Below are positions 1 to 8,618 of a DNA stretch of 32,000 nucleotides, piece by piece (positions within the stretch are counted from its first letter, which is position 1; every line of letters begins with the position of its first letter). The DNA lies in the NCBI GenBank assembly GCA_963704755.1, contig OY969938.1, forward strand, positions 3,480,001 through 3,512,000. Direction: 5' to 3'. Below the pieces are notes generated by a model. It ran no database searches. It had not been told where the DNA came from and saw only the letters and a list, made by a program, of their open reading frames with translations. This DNA is from an uncultured Chloroflexia bacterium (GTDB lineage: Bacteria > Chloroflexota > Anaerolineae > Anaerolineales > Anaerolineaceae). The position numbers were made by a program, and so were the translations under genes.

Positions 1-1
1 T

Positions 2-634
2 GCGGATACCGGCTTTGGCAGCGCTTTCAATATTGCCCGCACGGTACGCTCGCTGGTCAAAGCTGGCGCGGCCGGCCTGCACATCGAGGATCAGGTGCAG
101 GCTAAACGCTGCGGGCACCGCCCGGGCAAGGCGCTGGTGCCGCCGCAAGAGATGGTGGACCGGATCAAGGCAGCGGTGGATGCGCGCAGCGATCCGGGCT
201 TTGTGATCATGGCTCGCACGGACGCCCTGGCGGTGGAAGACCAAAACGCCGCCATCGAGCGGGCAGTGGCCTACGTCCAGGCCGGCGCGGACATGATTTT
301 CGCTGAGGCAGTGGAAGACCTGGACACCTACCGGGCCTTTGCCGAGGCAACCGGCGTGCCCATCCTGGCCAACATCACCGAATTTGGCAAAACGCCGCTG
401 TTTTCAACCGGGGCATTGGCCAGTGCGGGGGTCAGCCTGGCACTTTACCCCCTGTCAGCTTTTCGGGCCATGAGCGCGGCGGCGCTGAGCGTTTACCAGA
501 CCCTGCGGAAAGAAGGCAGCCAGGCCGGCACCCTGGAGCAAATGCAAACGCGGGCCGATTTGTACGATGTTCTCAATTACTACGCTTACGAAGAAAAGCT
601 TGACCAACTCTTTGCAAGGGAGAAAATGGAATGA
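2..634 (+). CDS. prpB: methylisocitrate lyase, 5'-truncated by window start
   Basis: Frame is open from base 2. Translation [43 protein letters not shown] carries the KRCGH catalytic-loop signature of the isocitrate lyase/PEP mutase family. Stop overlaps the next start (ATGA at 631-634). Followed by prpC and prpD. Confidence 0.9.
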   Translation, partial: ADTGFGSAFNIARTVRSLVKAGAAGLHIEDQVQAKRCGHRPGKALVPPQEMVDRIKAAVDARSDPGFVIMARTDALAVEDQNAAIERAVAYVQAGADMIFAEAVEDLDTYRAFAEATGVPILANITEFGKTPLFSTGALASAGVSLALYPLSAFRAMSAAALSVYQTLRKEGSQAGTLEQMQTRADLYDVLNYYAYEEKLDQLFAREKME

Positions 635-1788
635 GCGACCAAGTCCTGTCAAAAAAGGAAACCAAGAAAAAATCAGTAACCCTTTCTGGTGTACCGGCTG
701 GAAACACTGCAATCTGTACGGTTGGAACCCTGGGGCATGATTTACGCTTCCGAGGGTACGATATCAACGACCTGGCCGAGTTTTCGAGTTTCGAGGAGGT
801 CGCTTTTTTGCTGGTGCATGGCGAACTGCCCCTGCCTAACGAGCTGGCCCGCTACCGGCGCCTGTTGAAAGACTTGCGGGGGCTGCCGGCCCCGGTGAAA
901 ACGGTTCTGGAGCAAATCCCGGCGGCGGCGCATCCAATGGACGTGCTGCGCACCGGCTGTTCCATGCTGGGGGCGGTCCTGCCGGAGCGAGAGGATCACA
1001 GCGTGGAAGGCGCCCGCCATATCGCCGACCAGTTGCTGGCGATTTTCCCCTCTATTTTGAATTACTGGTACCAGTTCGCCCATCACGGCCGGCGGATCGA
1101 GGTCGAGACCGATGACGATTCGATCGCCGGGCATTTTCTGCACCTGCTGCATGGGGTGAAGCCCAGCGACCTGTACGAGCACGCCATGGATGTCTCGTTC
1201 ATCCTGTACGCCGAGCACGAGTTCAACGCCTCCACCTTTACCAGCCGGGTAATCACCGGCACCGGCACGGATATGTATTCGGCCATCACCGGCTCGATTG
1301 GGGCGCTCAAAGGCAAGAAACACGGCGGCGCCAATGAGGGCGCCATGGAGTATATCGAGCGTTTCCGCACAACTCAAGAAGCGACTGATGGCGCTCGCAC
1401 CACCCTGGCCAACAAGGGCATCGTATTGGGCTTTGGGCACCCGGTCTATACCATCTCCGATCCGCGGGCTAAGATCCTCAAGGGCCTGTCCTGTTCGCTG
1501 TGTAAGGATTACGGCGATGAAACCCTGTGCGACATTGCCGAGTCAATCGAGTCGGTCATGTGGGACGAGAAGCGCATGTTCCCCAACCTGGATTGGTACA
1601 GCGCGGTGACCTATCACATGATGGGTATCCCCACCTTTATGTTCACCCCGCTGTTTGTGATGGCCCGCACGGCCGGCTGGTCGGCCCACATCATCGAGCA
1701 GCGCCAGGACGGGAAGATCATCCGCCCATCGGCCACGTACGTGGGCCCGTCGCCGCGCGATTATGTCATGATCGACAAACGCAGCTAA
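631..1788 (+). CDS. prpC: 2-methylcitrate synthase (citrate synthase family)
   Basis: 385-aa ORF with citrate-synthase motifs ([24 protein letters not shown]). Translationally coupled to prpB, with a 4-nt gap to prpD. Size is typical of PrpC-type enzymes. Confidence 0.85.
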   Translation: MSDQVLSKKETKKKSVTLSGVPAGNTAICTVGTLGHDLRFRGYDINDLAEFSSFEEVAFLLVHGELPLPNELARYRRLLKDLRGLPAPVKTVLEQIPAAAHPMDVLRTGCSMLGAVLPEREDHSVEGARHIADQLLAIFPSILNYWYQFAHHGRRIEVETDDDSIAGHFLHLLHGVKPSDLYEHAMDVSFILYAEHEFNASTFTSRVITGTGTDMYSAITGSIGALKGKKHGGANEGAMEYIERFRTTQEATDGARTTLANKGIVLGFGHPVYTISDPRAKILKGLSCSLCKDYGDETLCDIAESIESVMWDEKRMFPNLDWYSAVTYHMMGIPTFMFTPLFVMARTAGWSAHIIEQRQDGKIIRPSATYVGPSPRDYVMIDKRS

Positions 1789-1792
1789 AGGG

Positions 1793-3245
1793 ATGGCCCA
1801 ATCCGACCTGAATATTCGTCCCCAGCCCGACCGCGAGCTGGTCGATATTGCTGATTACGTACTGGACTATCCGGTGACCAGCCGGGAAGCGTACGCTACC
1901 GCCCGGCTGTGCCTGATGGATACATTGGGCTGCGGCATGGCCGCTCTGGCCTTTCCGGCCTGCACCAAATTGCTGGGTCCGCTGGTGGCGGGGACGGTCG
2001 TGCCGCAGGGTGCCCGCGTGCCGGGTACAGATTATGTGCTCGACCCGGTCAAGGCCGCCTTCGATATCGGCGCGATGATTCGCTGGTTGGATTTCAACGA
2101 TACCTGGCTGGCGGCCGAATGGGGCCACCCTTCCGATAACCTGGGCGGGATTCTGGCGGTGGCGGACTGGCTCTCCAACCAGGCTGCGGCAGCAGGAAAA
2201 ACCCCGCCGAGCGTGCGCTCACTGCTGACGGCCATGATCAAGGCTCACGAGATCCAGGGAGTGATGGCCCTGGGCAACAGTTTCAACCGGGTCGGCCTGG
2301 ACCACGTGCTGCTGGTGCGGGTTGCCACCACGGCGGTGACGGCGGACCTGCTGGGTTGCGACCGCGGGCAAATCGTCAATGCGCTGTCCAACGCCTGGAT
2401 CGATGGGCCGGCCTTGCGCACCTACCGGCACGCGCCCAATACCGGCTCGCGCAAGTCCTGGGCCGCCGGGGATGCCTCGGCGCGTGGGGTGACCCTGGCG
2501 CTGCTGGCGTGGAAGGGCGAAATGGGCTATCCCTCGGCGCTCAGCGCGGAAACCTGGGGTTTTTACGATGTGTTCTTAAAGGGCCGCCCGTTCGAGTTCC
2601 GCCAGGGCTACGGCTCGTATGTGATGGAAAACGTGCTCTTCAAGGTCTCCTTCCCGGCCGAGTTCCACGCCCAGACGGCGGTGGAGGCCGGGTTCAAGCT
2701 GCACGCGCAAGTCCAGGATCGCCTGGAGGATATCGAGCGGGTGGTCATTGTGACCCACGAGTTCGGCCATGCGTATTATCGACAAGCGCGGGCCGCTGAA
2801 CAACCCGGCCGACCGGGATCACTGCATCCAGTACATGACCGCGGTCGCGCTTATTTTTGGCGAGCTGACGGCGGCCGATTACGAGGACGAAGCCGCTGCC
2901 GATCCGCGCATCGATGCCTTGCGCGAGAAGATGACCGTGGTGGAGAACAAGCAGTTCTCGCGCGATTACCTGGAACCCGAAAAACGCTCGATCGCCAATG
3001 CGGTTCAGGTGTTTTTCAAGGACGGAACGGCCACTGAAAATGTGACTGTGGAATATCCGCTGGGGCACCGCCGCCGGCGGGCCGAGGCGACTCCGCTGCT
3101 GGGGGAGAAATTTGAGCGCAATTTGGCCAGGCGCTTCTCGGCCGGGCGGATCGCAGCCCTCCGGGAGCTCTTCGCCGATCCTGACCGGCTGGATGCCACC
3201 CCGGTGAATCGGTTTGTGGATCTGTTTTTGCCTGGTGGAGATTGA
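1793..3245 (+). pseudogene. prpD: 2-methylcitrate dehydratase, reading frame broken by one extra base near 2762
   Basis: The N-terminal ~320 aa (frame of 1793) look PrpD/MmgE-like up to ...VVIVTHE. The C-terminal part (frame of 2769) reads [25 protein letters not shown]...VEYPLGHRRRR, the conserved PrpD C-terminus as I recall it from E. coli. The second frame has a TGA at 2751-2753, so the shift must lie between 2754 and 2769. Removing one T of the TT at 2762-2763 gives [11 protein letters not shown]. Confidence 0.85.
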
Positions 3246-3254
3246 GGGGGAATT

Positions 3255-3326
3255 AACCACGGAGGCACGGAGAACACGGAGAAGAGAAGAAGGAAAACCA
3301 CAGAGAACACAGAGTTCACAGAGAAG
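3255..3326. repeat. two tandem same-orientation half-elements of the CACGGAG-heptad family
   Basis: aaccacGGAGgcacGGAGaacacGGAGaag (3255-3284), then aaccacAGAGaacacAGAGttcacAGAGaag (3296-3326). Same arm sequence as the hairpins at 6120 and 7487, but with no inverted partner here. Confidence 0.85.
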
Positions 3327-3748
3327 AATATTTGAAAGAACATTGTCGTAGGGTGCGTTTGAGGGCTGACATCGAGAACATAGTTGAATAACCAAACCAT
3401 TAGCCTAACCTGGCGTGCCCGGAACGCACCAATATGGCGCTGCCTAAAAAAAACCATAAGGCACGGGGGAAATGGCTTGCTGCAGAGCGCGCAGAGAATC
3501 TTTTGGGGAATCTGGCTCTTCCCTCCAAATCGATTTTGATTTAGGGGAAAGCAGGGCAGGGGGGCAGGGCGCCGGGGCTTGATAATTTACCGCAGAGGCG
3601 CTGAGAGCGCTGAGGAAAAATTTTATAATGAGAGGCAATTTAATTAAGGAATTGCCACCAAGCAGATCGGCCCGGTCTCCAGACCGAGGCCGCTCTTCAG
3701 CGCAGTTATTTCGAGCCCACGGGCTGGCCAACCGGCGCTCTTTGCCCC

Positions 3749-3798
3749 CACCTAACCTCCCCCAAAATCCAAAGTGCGGATTTTAGGGGAGGAATCTG
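3749..3798. repeat. hairpin repeat cctcccccaaaatcc / ggattttaggggagg, copy 1
   Basis: 15-nt arms at 3756-3770 and 3778-3792, one mismatch, 7-nt loop. Direct repeat of 3925-3978. A degenerate relative lies at 3521-3547. Confidence 0.8.
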
Positions 3799-3924
3799 CG
3801 CCGGCCAAGCACTGCCTGTTGACATCCAGACTCCCTTCCCCCAGAACGGGGGAATGGGCCGGGGAATGAGGGCGAAGCGCTAACCTAAGGACCTGCGGGC
3901 TGTCAACCCGGCGATTTCTGCCTC

Positions 3925-3978
3925 CTCCCAACCTCCCCCAAAAAAATTCAATGTGCGGATTTTAGGGAAGGAATTCTG
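3925..3978. repeat. hairpin repeat, copy 2 of the 3749 element
   Basis: ctcccaacctcccccaaaaaaattcaatgtgcggattttagggaaggaattctg aligns with 3749-3798. Arms are less perfect. Confidence 0.75.
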
Positions 3979-3988
3979 ATATCCCCAG

Positions 3989-4152
3989 GACACTTATCAC
4001 AGGGCAATCGCATCATGCCAATTTAGTCCCAAAAGAGAGGTAATTTTGAGTGTTATTGTGGGGCTACGCCCCACAATAACACTCAAAAACCTATTCTTTG
4101 GGGAATTGCCCTTGAAAAGCAGGCAGGCTGCAATCGCCCTGACACTTATCAC
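3989..4152. mobile_element. MITE-like element, ~138 bp, copy 1 including flanking 12-bp direct duplication
   Basis: Element 4001-4138 has imperfect terminal inverted repeats (agggcaatcgca / tgcaatcgccct) and a central 21-bp stem (4044-4064 / 4068-4088). It is flanked by identical gacacttatcac at 3989-4000 and 4141-4152. A reverse-complement copy lies at 14038-14178. Confidence 0.7.
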
Positions 4153-4180
4153 CTTTCCGCTATGATTTTCGTTAAACCTC

Positions 4181-4231
4181 TTGACATTTCCTCTGTCTGA
4201 ATATATACTGAACATGTTCAAATAACGTTCA
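4181..4231 (+). promoter_or_regulatory. sigma70-type promoter plus palindromic operator upstream of the TetR gene
   Basis: TTGACA (4181-4186), 17-nt spacer, TATACT (4204-4209). Perfect 12-bp palindrome tgaacatgttca at 4209-4220 and a third TGAAC half-site (acgttca, 4225-4231). AGGAGG at 4231-4236 precedes the ATG at 4249. Confidence 0.6.
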
Positions 4232-4248
4232 GGAGGCATTCAAAAATT

Positions 4249-4839
4249 ATGGTTGATCCAGCTATTGCCGATCAGAAAGAGCGCATCCGCCTGGCGGCCA
4301 TCGAGTTGATGAACGAGTTCCACACCGCCGAGCGGGTCACCACCCGCCAGATCGCCGAGCGGGCCGGGGTAGCGGTGGGGTCGATCAACTACCACTACCA
4401 ATCGAAAGACAACCTGCTCTACGAAGCCTACAATCAGGTCTTCCTGGCTGAAGTGATGCACTGGCTCGACGACAAGCAGTCCGGCGACCAGACTCCCCTG
4501 GCGCGCCTGCGCGGACTTTTCCTGGAAACGGCGCGGATCTCGCTGCCCAACCTGGACATGGCTAAATCCAGCCTGTTGATGGACATCCAAAAAGGCGGCA
4601 TGGCCACCTCGCTGATGATCCTGCCGCTGGTGCGGGCCATTTTCCAGGGCACCCAGGATGAATTGACCCTGCGGCTCAAAGCGGCCACCTTGATGAGCAC
4701 TTTGCAGATGGTCTTGCTTAAAAAGGAAGCCTTTGAAGCCTATATGGGAATCAAACTAGAGGATCCGAACCAGCTCGAGCCGGTTGTGGATCAACTTTTC
4801 AATCTCATTCTTTTTGAAAACAAGAAGGAAAACAAATAA
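4249..4839 (+). CDS. TetR/AcrR family transcriptional regulator
   Basis: 196-aa ORF. N-terminal HTH region TRQIAERAGVAVGSINYHYQSKDNLL is typical of TetR_N. Good RBS. Confidence 0.85.
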   Translation: MVDPAIADQKERIRLAAIELMNEFHTAERVTTRQIAERAGVAVGSINYHYQSKDNLLYEAYNQVFLAEVMHWLDDKQSGDQTPLARLRGLFLETARISLPNLDMAKSSLLMDIQKGGMATSLMILPLVRAIFQGTQDELTLRLKAATLMSTLQMVLLKKEAFEAYMGIKLEDPNQLEPVVDQLFNLILFENKKENK

Positions 4840-5045
4840 TGAAAATCTTGATGGTTATCCTATCGGTTGTGGATGTTTTGATGCTCGGCTCGACCCTGCT
4901 GTGCGGTTTCTGGATCCGCTCACATGCTACCAACGGTGTCCCGGACCCGTCCTCGGTCAGTTTCCATGGCGCCCTGGCCGTGGCTACCTGTGTGGTGGTG
5001 CTGATCACGATTGCCCTGGCCGTGTTCCGCCCGGGGATGAGCTGA
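4839..5045 (+). CDS. small hydrophobic protein (two predicted TM segments), function unknown
   Basis: 68-aa ORF whose ATG overlaps the TetR stop (TAATG). Two hydrophobic stretches. No family recognised. Confidence 0.4.
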   Translation: MKILMVILSVVDVLMLGSTLLCGFWIRSHATNGVPDPSSVSFHGALAVATCVVVLITIALAVFRPGMS

Positions 5046-5232
5046 GCGAATACGCCGCAAGGCTGACGAGACTTAACGTGTTCTGGAATATGTGAGCTGG
5101 CCTGCGCAAGCCGGTTTTACCCGAGCAGGCCGGCCCAATGAACAAATCACGATCCGGGCAGCCTTCAGTGGAATGGGGGGATTGGCGCAGGATGGACTAG
5201 AATATGCCCTGACCGGCATTCGGGAAGTTGAA

Positions 5233-6111
5233 ATGAAGCAAGATACTTTTCTCAAGCGGTTTTTGGCCGACCTGGCCATACTCGTTCTGGTTCTGGGCGC
5301 CTACGTACTGGTGGCGCGCCCGTACCAGCTCCATTGGGGCGCCACGCGCGCAGAAATCGAGCGGCCCATGCCCGGCGATGCGCTCGATCCAAACCCAACC
5401 TTCCTGGCGACCCGCGCCATCACCATCGACGGGACACCCGAGCAGATCTGGCCCTGGCTGGTCCAGATCGGCTACGGCCGGGCCGGGTTCTACGGCTACG
5501 ATATCCTCGAAAACATGGGCAGTCCCAGCGGCCCGCGCAGCGCGGACCGGATTGTCGATGAATACCAGCATTTTCAGGTAGGCGACGTGGTGCCGATCAG
5601 CGCCGTGGCTCAAATGGTCTTTGGCGCGATCGAGCCGTATCAGTACCTGATCTGGCAGGGGACCAGCAGCACGAACCCGGGCGCGTTCACCTGGGCGCTT
5701 TACCCCCTGGATGGGTCTCGCACCCGCCTGGTCATGCGCATCCGCTGGAGCTACCACAGCCTGTCTCAGCCGGGCCTGTTGGGCCTGGACCTGTTCACCG
5801 AATTCACCGATCACCTGGCCGTGCGCAAGATCCTGGTTGGCATCCAGGAACGGGTCGAGGGCCAGATCGAGCCGCCGGCTCAGGCCAACTTCGAGTTCTT
5901 CGTCTATGTCGGCGCAGCGGTTATCTTTTTGGCAGCTTTCCTGCTCGTACTGCTGCGCCCGCTCAACCGGGCCCGCTGGTTGGCCGGAGCGGCGGCCGGG
6001 CTGGGTTGGCTGATCACCTGGTACGCGCCGGTGTCGATTTGGATCGGCCTGCTGGTGGAATTGGCCATCGTTTTTAGCCTGGTGTGGGTGTTCCGCCGGC
6101 AGCGCGCATAG
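5233..6111 (+). CDS. membrane-anchored SRPBCC-like protein
   Basis: ORF 5092-6111. I prefer the ATG at 5233 (GGGAAG 6 nt upstream; MKQDTFLKRFLADLAILVLVLGAYVLV is an N-terminal TM). The segment IWPWLVQIGYGRAGFYGYDILEN resembles SRPBCC/polyketide-cyclase-like proteins as I recall them. C-terminal TM helices. Confidence 0.6.
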   Translation: MKQDTFLKRFLADLAILVLVLGAYVLVARPYQLHWGATRAEIERPMPGDALDPNPTFLATRAITIDGTPEQIWPWLVQIGYGRAGFYGYDILENMGSPSGPRSADRIVDEYQHFQVGDVVPISAVAQMVFGAIEPYQYLIWQGTSSTNPGAFTWALYPLDGSRTRLVMRIRWSYHSLSQPGLLGLDLFTEFTDHLAVRKILVGIQERVEGQIEPPAQANFEFFVYVGAAVIFLAAFLLVLLRPLNRARWLAGAAAGLGWLITWYAPVSIWIGLLVELAIVFSLVWVFRRQRA

Positions 6112-6119
6112 GAGAAATA

Positions 6120-6193
6120 AACCACGGAGACACGGAGAGCACGGAGAAGGATTTGTCTTTTTTCTTCTCCGTGTCCTCCGTGTCTCCGTGGTT
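6120..6193. repeat. CACGGAG-heptad hairpin between convergent genes (probable bidirectional terminator)
   Basis: 30-nt arms aaccacggagacacggagagcacggagaag (6120-6149) and cttctccgtgtcctccgtgtctccgtggtt (6164-6193), 2 mismatches, T-rich 14-nt loop. Starts 9 nt after the stop at 6111 and overlaps the stop of the minus-strand gene at 6192. Confidence 0.8.
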
Positions 6194-7106
6194 AACTACC
6201 CTTCCTGCGGATTTGCACCAGACCGACCCCCAGGACGGCCAGCGCCAGGCCGACCCCGCCCTGCCAGGTGATGCGTTCGCCCAGGAAGATCCAGGCCAGG
6301 ATGGCGATCTGGACGGTCATGGTGTTGTTGATGATGCTCGATTCCATGGCCGAAAGCACCTGCAAGGACCGGTTCCAGAGCGTGAAGGCGAAAGCAGTGT
6401 TGACCACGGCCAGGACCACGATGATCAGCCAGCTCTTCAGGCTCAAAACCGGCAGGCCCTGGGTGGCCAGGCCGGCGACCAGCAGGATGGCAGCCCCAAT
6501 GCCCATGCTGATGGCGGTCACCACCAGAGGCGGGATTTGGGCGCCGCGGTTGACCGAGCGTCCCAGCACGGATGAACCGGCGTTCGCCAGAACGGCGGTC
6601 ATGGCAAAGGCGATGCCGAGTACTTCACCGGCCGGCAGGTTGACCGGGTAAAAGTAGATCAAGACCCCCAAAATATTGAGCAGCGCCCCGGCCCATTGGC
6701 CCAGCCCGGGGCGTTCGGCCAGCAGGACGATGCCTAACAGGGCCACAGCGATGCCGGAGAAGTTCAGCAGCAGGGTGGTGGTGATGGCCGGCAGGTAGTC
6801 CAGGGCCAGGAATTGAGCCCCCTGGGTGAGGGTGTAATAGAGCAGTCCCAGCAAGGCCAGGCGCAGCCAGTCGGCTTTGCCGAGGGCCCGCACGGCCGGC
6901 AGAGAGCGGCGCGAGAAGGCGAACGGCGCCAGGCACAGGAAAGCCAGGCCGTAGCGCAGGCCGGCAAAAGTCAGGGCCGGGATATCGGCCAGGCCGAACT
7001 TGATCAATACCCACGAGGACGACCATAACACCGTCACCAGCACCGCCTGAGAAATGGCGATCAGGCGCGGGGAGTGTTTGGCGATTTGCGGGGTGTCGGT
7101 TTGCAT
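6192..7106 (-). CDS. EamA/DMT family transporter
   Basis: 304-aa ORF, about 10 hydrophobic helices, duplicated EamA-like halves (LWSSSWVLIKFGL..., LWNRSLQVLSAMESSII...). Confidence 0.8.
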   Translation of the reverse strand: MQTDTPQIAKHSPRLIAISQAVLVTVLWSSSWVLIKFGLADIPALTFAGLRYGLAFLCLAPFAFSRRSLPAVRALGKADWLRLALLGLLYYTLTQGAQFLALDYLPAITTTLLLNFSGIAVALLGIVLLAERPGLGQWAGALLNILGVLIYFYPVNLPAGEVLGIAFAMTAVLANAGSSVLGRSVNRGAQIPPLVVTAISMGIGAAILLVAGLATQGLPVLSLKSWLIIVVLAVVNTAFAFTLWNRSLQVLSAMESSIINNTMTVQIAILAWIFLGERITWQGGVGLALAVLGVGLVQIRRKGS

Positions 7107-7227
7107 GGGATAAGTCGCAGGATTCAGGATGGAAGTTGATTTTACTCTGAATCTTCACCACTTAGCCCGGCTTTCAAAGCCCGGCTTGGTCATGCTTTTG
7201 ATCCTGACCAAACGCAAGCGATTAGCG

Positions 7228-7403
7228 CTGTAGGGTGGGTGCAGGGCTCATAAAAAATGCTGGCGAACAAAAAGTGGATGTCCCAACCCAGGAATTGCCC
7301 ATAACCCACCATCCGTACATAATGGTGGGTTACGGGCAAGGTTTGGATAGGGTGCCGCTCGACGATTCCTCGGCGTTCTCCTTGAGCCCTACACCCACCT
7401 ACA
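7228..7403. repeat. nested inverted-repeat element
   Basis: Outer arms ctgtagggtgggtgcagggctca (7228-7250) and tgagccctacacccacctaca (7383-7403), imperfect. Inner 18-bp stem ttgcccataacccaccat (7295-7312) / atggtgggttacgggcaa (7322-7339), one mismatch. Confidence 0.65.
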
Positions 7404-7486
7404 TTTCTGGTAGAAGCATAAAGCGGATCGGCCCGGGCTCTCCTTCCCGTCGGCCGAGGCTGCCCTTAAACGCCAGTAAAGAAAAT

Positions 7487-7546
7487 CACCACGGAGGCAC
7501 GGAGGACACGGAGAAGAATTTTTTCTTCTCCGTGTCCTCCGTGGTT
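7487..7546. repeat. CACGGAG-heptad hairpin at the 3' end of the desaturase gene
   Basis: Perfect 19-bp stem cacggaggacacggagaag (7498-7516) / cttctccgtgtcctccgtg (7525-7543), loop aatttttt. The left side carries one extra heptad (7487-7497). Lies 11 nt from the stop at 7557. Confidence 0.85.
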
Positions 7547-7556
7547 AAAATCCCTC

Positions 7557-8618
7557 TTAATCCCCGCCTTCCAGCGGCGTGACGACTTCGATCTGTCGGG
7601 CACTTTTCTGCGGGAAGCCAACCATTTTGCGGGCCGGCTCGTTGTACACCTTCAAACGCACAGCCCGAATGCTCTCTGGAATAGTGACTACGCGGGCCCA
7701 TTTCTGCAGCAGGGGCGAGGACTTCTGGCATTGGGCCAGGTTATAGTTGGGGATGCGCGGGCTGAGGTGATGGATGTGGTGGTAGCCGATGCTGCCGCTG
7801 AACCATTCCAAAATCTTGGGTAATTTGTAATAGGAAGCGCCTAGCAAAGCGGAGGCGACGTAATTCCAGTTTTCGGCCCGGTCCCAGTAGCTGTCCTCGA
7901 ACTGGTGCTGAATGTAGAACAGCCAGATTCCGCCAATCCCGCCCATGATGAGCACCGGGAGTTGGATCATCAGGTAGCCTTTCCAACCGATCAGCAGGCT
8001 AAAACCGACGGCTTCGGCCAGGATGAGCAGGTCGGTGATGATAACGTTGCGGGTCTGGCGTTTGCCGTAGTTGGGCAGCGGCAGGCGGTGCATGATCAGG
8101 AACATAAAGATCGGCCCGAGCAGGAACATGATGGCCGGGTTGCGGAAGAAGCGGTAGCCCAGGCGTCCCAGCCAGGCTTTGTCATAGAATTCTTCCAGGG
8201 TCAGGGTGGTCACATCGCCGGTACCGCGCTTGTCCAGGTTGCCGCTGGTGGCGTGGTGGATGGCGTGCGAATGCCACCAGTGTTCGCTGGGGGTAAAGGT
8301 CAGCACGCCCAGCCAAAAGCCGACCCGTTTATTGAGTGTAGTGGTGGGAAAGAAGGAATTATGCCCACAATCATGGAAGAAGATAAACAGGCGTACCATG
8401 AAACCCGCCGTTACCAGCGCCAGTCCCAGGGTCACCCAATAAGAAACTTTCAGGCTAAGAATCATCAAATACCACAGGGCGATATAGGGCACCAGGGTAT
8501 TCACCAACTGCCAGATACTCTTGCGCAGATCGGACTTCTGGTAAGGAGCCAGAACTTTGTTGATTTCTTTCATCGTCGGCAACCGTTCGCCGTTGACAAT
8601 TATCTCTTTTTCAGCCAT
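7557..8618 (-). CDS. membrane fatty-acid desaturase (three histidine boxes)
   Basis: ORF 7557-8645. The likely start is the ATG at 8616-8618 (MAEKEIIV, AAAGGA upstream). His boxes HDCGH, HSHAIHH and HHIHH, plus hydrophobic segments. Confidence 0.85.
   Translation of the reverse strand: MAEKEIIVNGERLPTMKEINKVLAPYQKSDLRKSIWQLVNTLVPYIALWYLMILSLKVSYWVTLGLALVTAGFMVRLFIFFHDCGHNSFFPTTTLNKRVGFWLGVLTFTPSEHWWHSHAIHHATSGNLDKRGTGDVTTLTLEEFYDKAWLGRLGYRFFRNPAIMFLLGPIFMFLIMHRLPLPNYGKRQTRNVIITDLLILAEAVGFSLLIGWKGYLMIQLPVLIMGGIGGIWLFYIQHQFEDSYWDRAENWNYVASALLGASYYKLPKILEWFSGSIGYHHIHHLSPRIPNYNLAQCQKSSPLLQKWARVVTIPESIRAVRLKVYNEPARKMVGFPQKSARQIEVVTPLEGGD

Noticed and set aside
2769-3245. Treating 2769-3245 as an independent small gene, or the prpD break as programmed frameshifting
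   Set aside because: The break falls inside a conserved PrpD segment. There is no RBS before 2769, no slippery heptamer and no downstream structure. A simple 1-nt indel explains it.
3444-4239. ORFs 3444-3731 and 3997-4239 (minus strand), plus 6084-6575 and 7235-7582 (plus strand)
   Set aside because: They are read through repeat elements (heptad hairpins, MITE core) or antisense to the EamA gene. Peptide segments such as FFLSALSASAV and TEDTEKNFFFSVSSV are just translated repeats.
5092-5232. N-terminal extensions offered by the ORF track (5092-5232, 8619-8645, 12555-12566, 17188-17274, 18192-18320, 26431-26520, 28728-28787)
   Set aside because: The extensions lack an RBS, overlap upstream genes or regulatory hairpins, and encode non-conserved Arg/Pro/Thr-rich sequence. 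Internal starts have better Shine-Dalgarno spacing. The choice at 28728/28788 remains uncertain.
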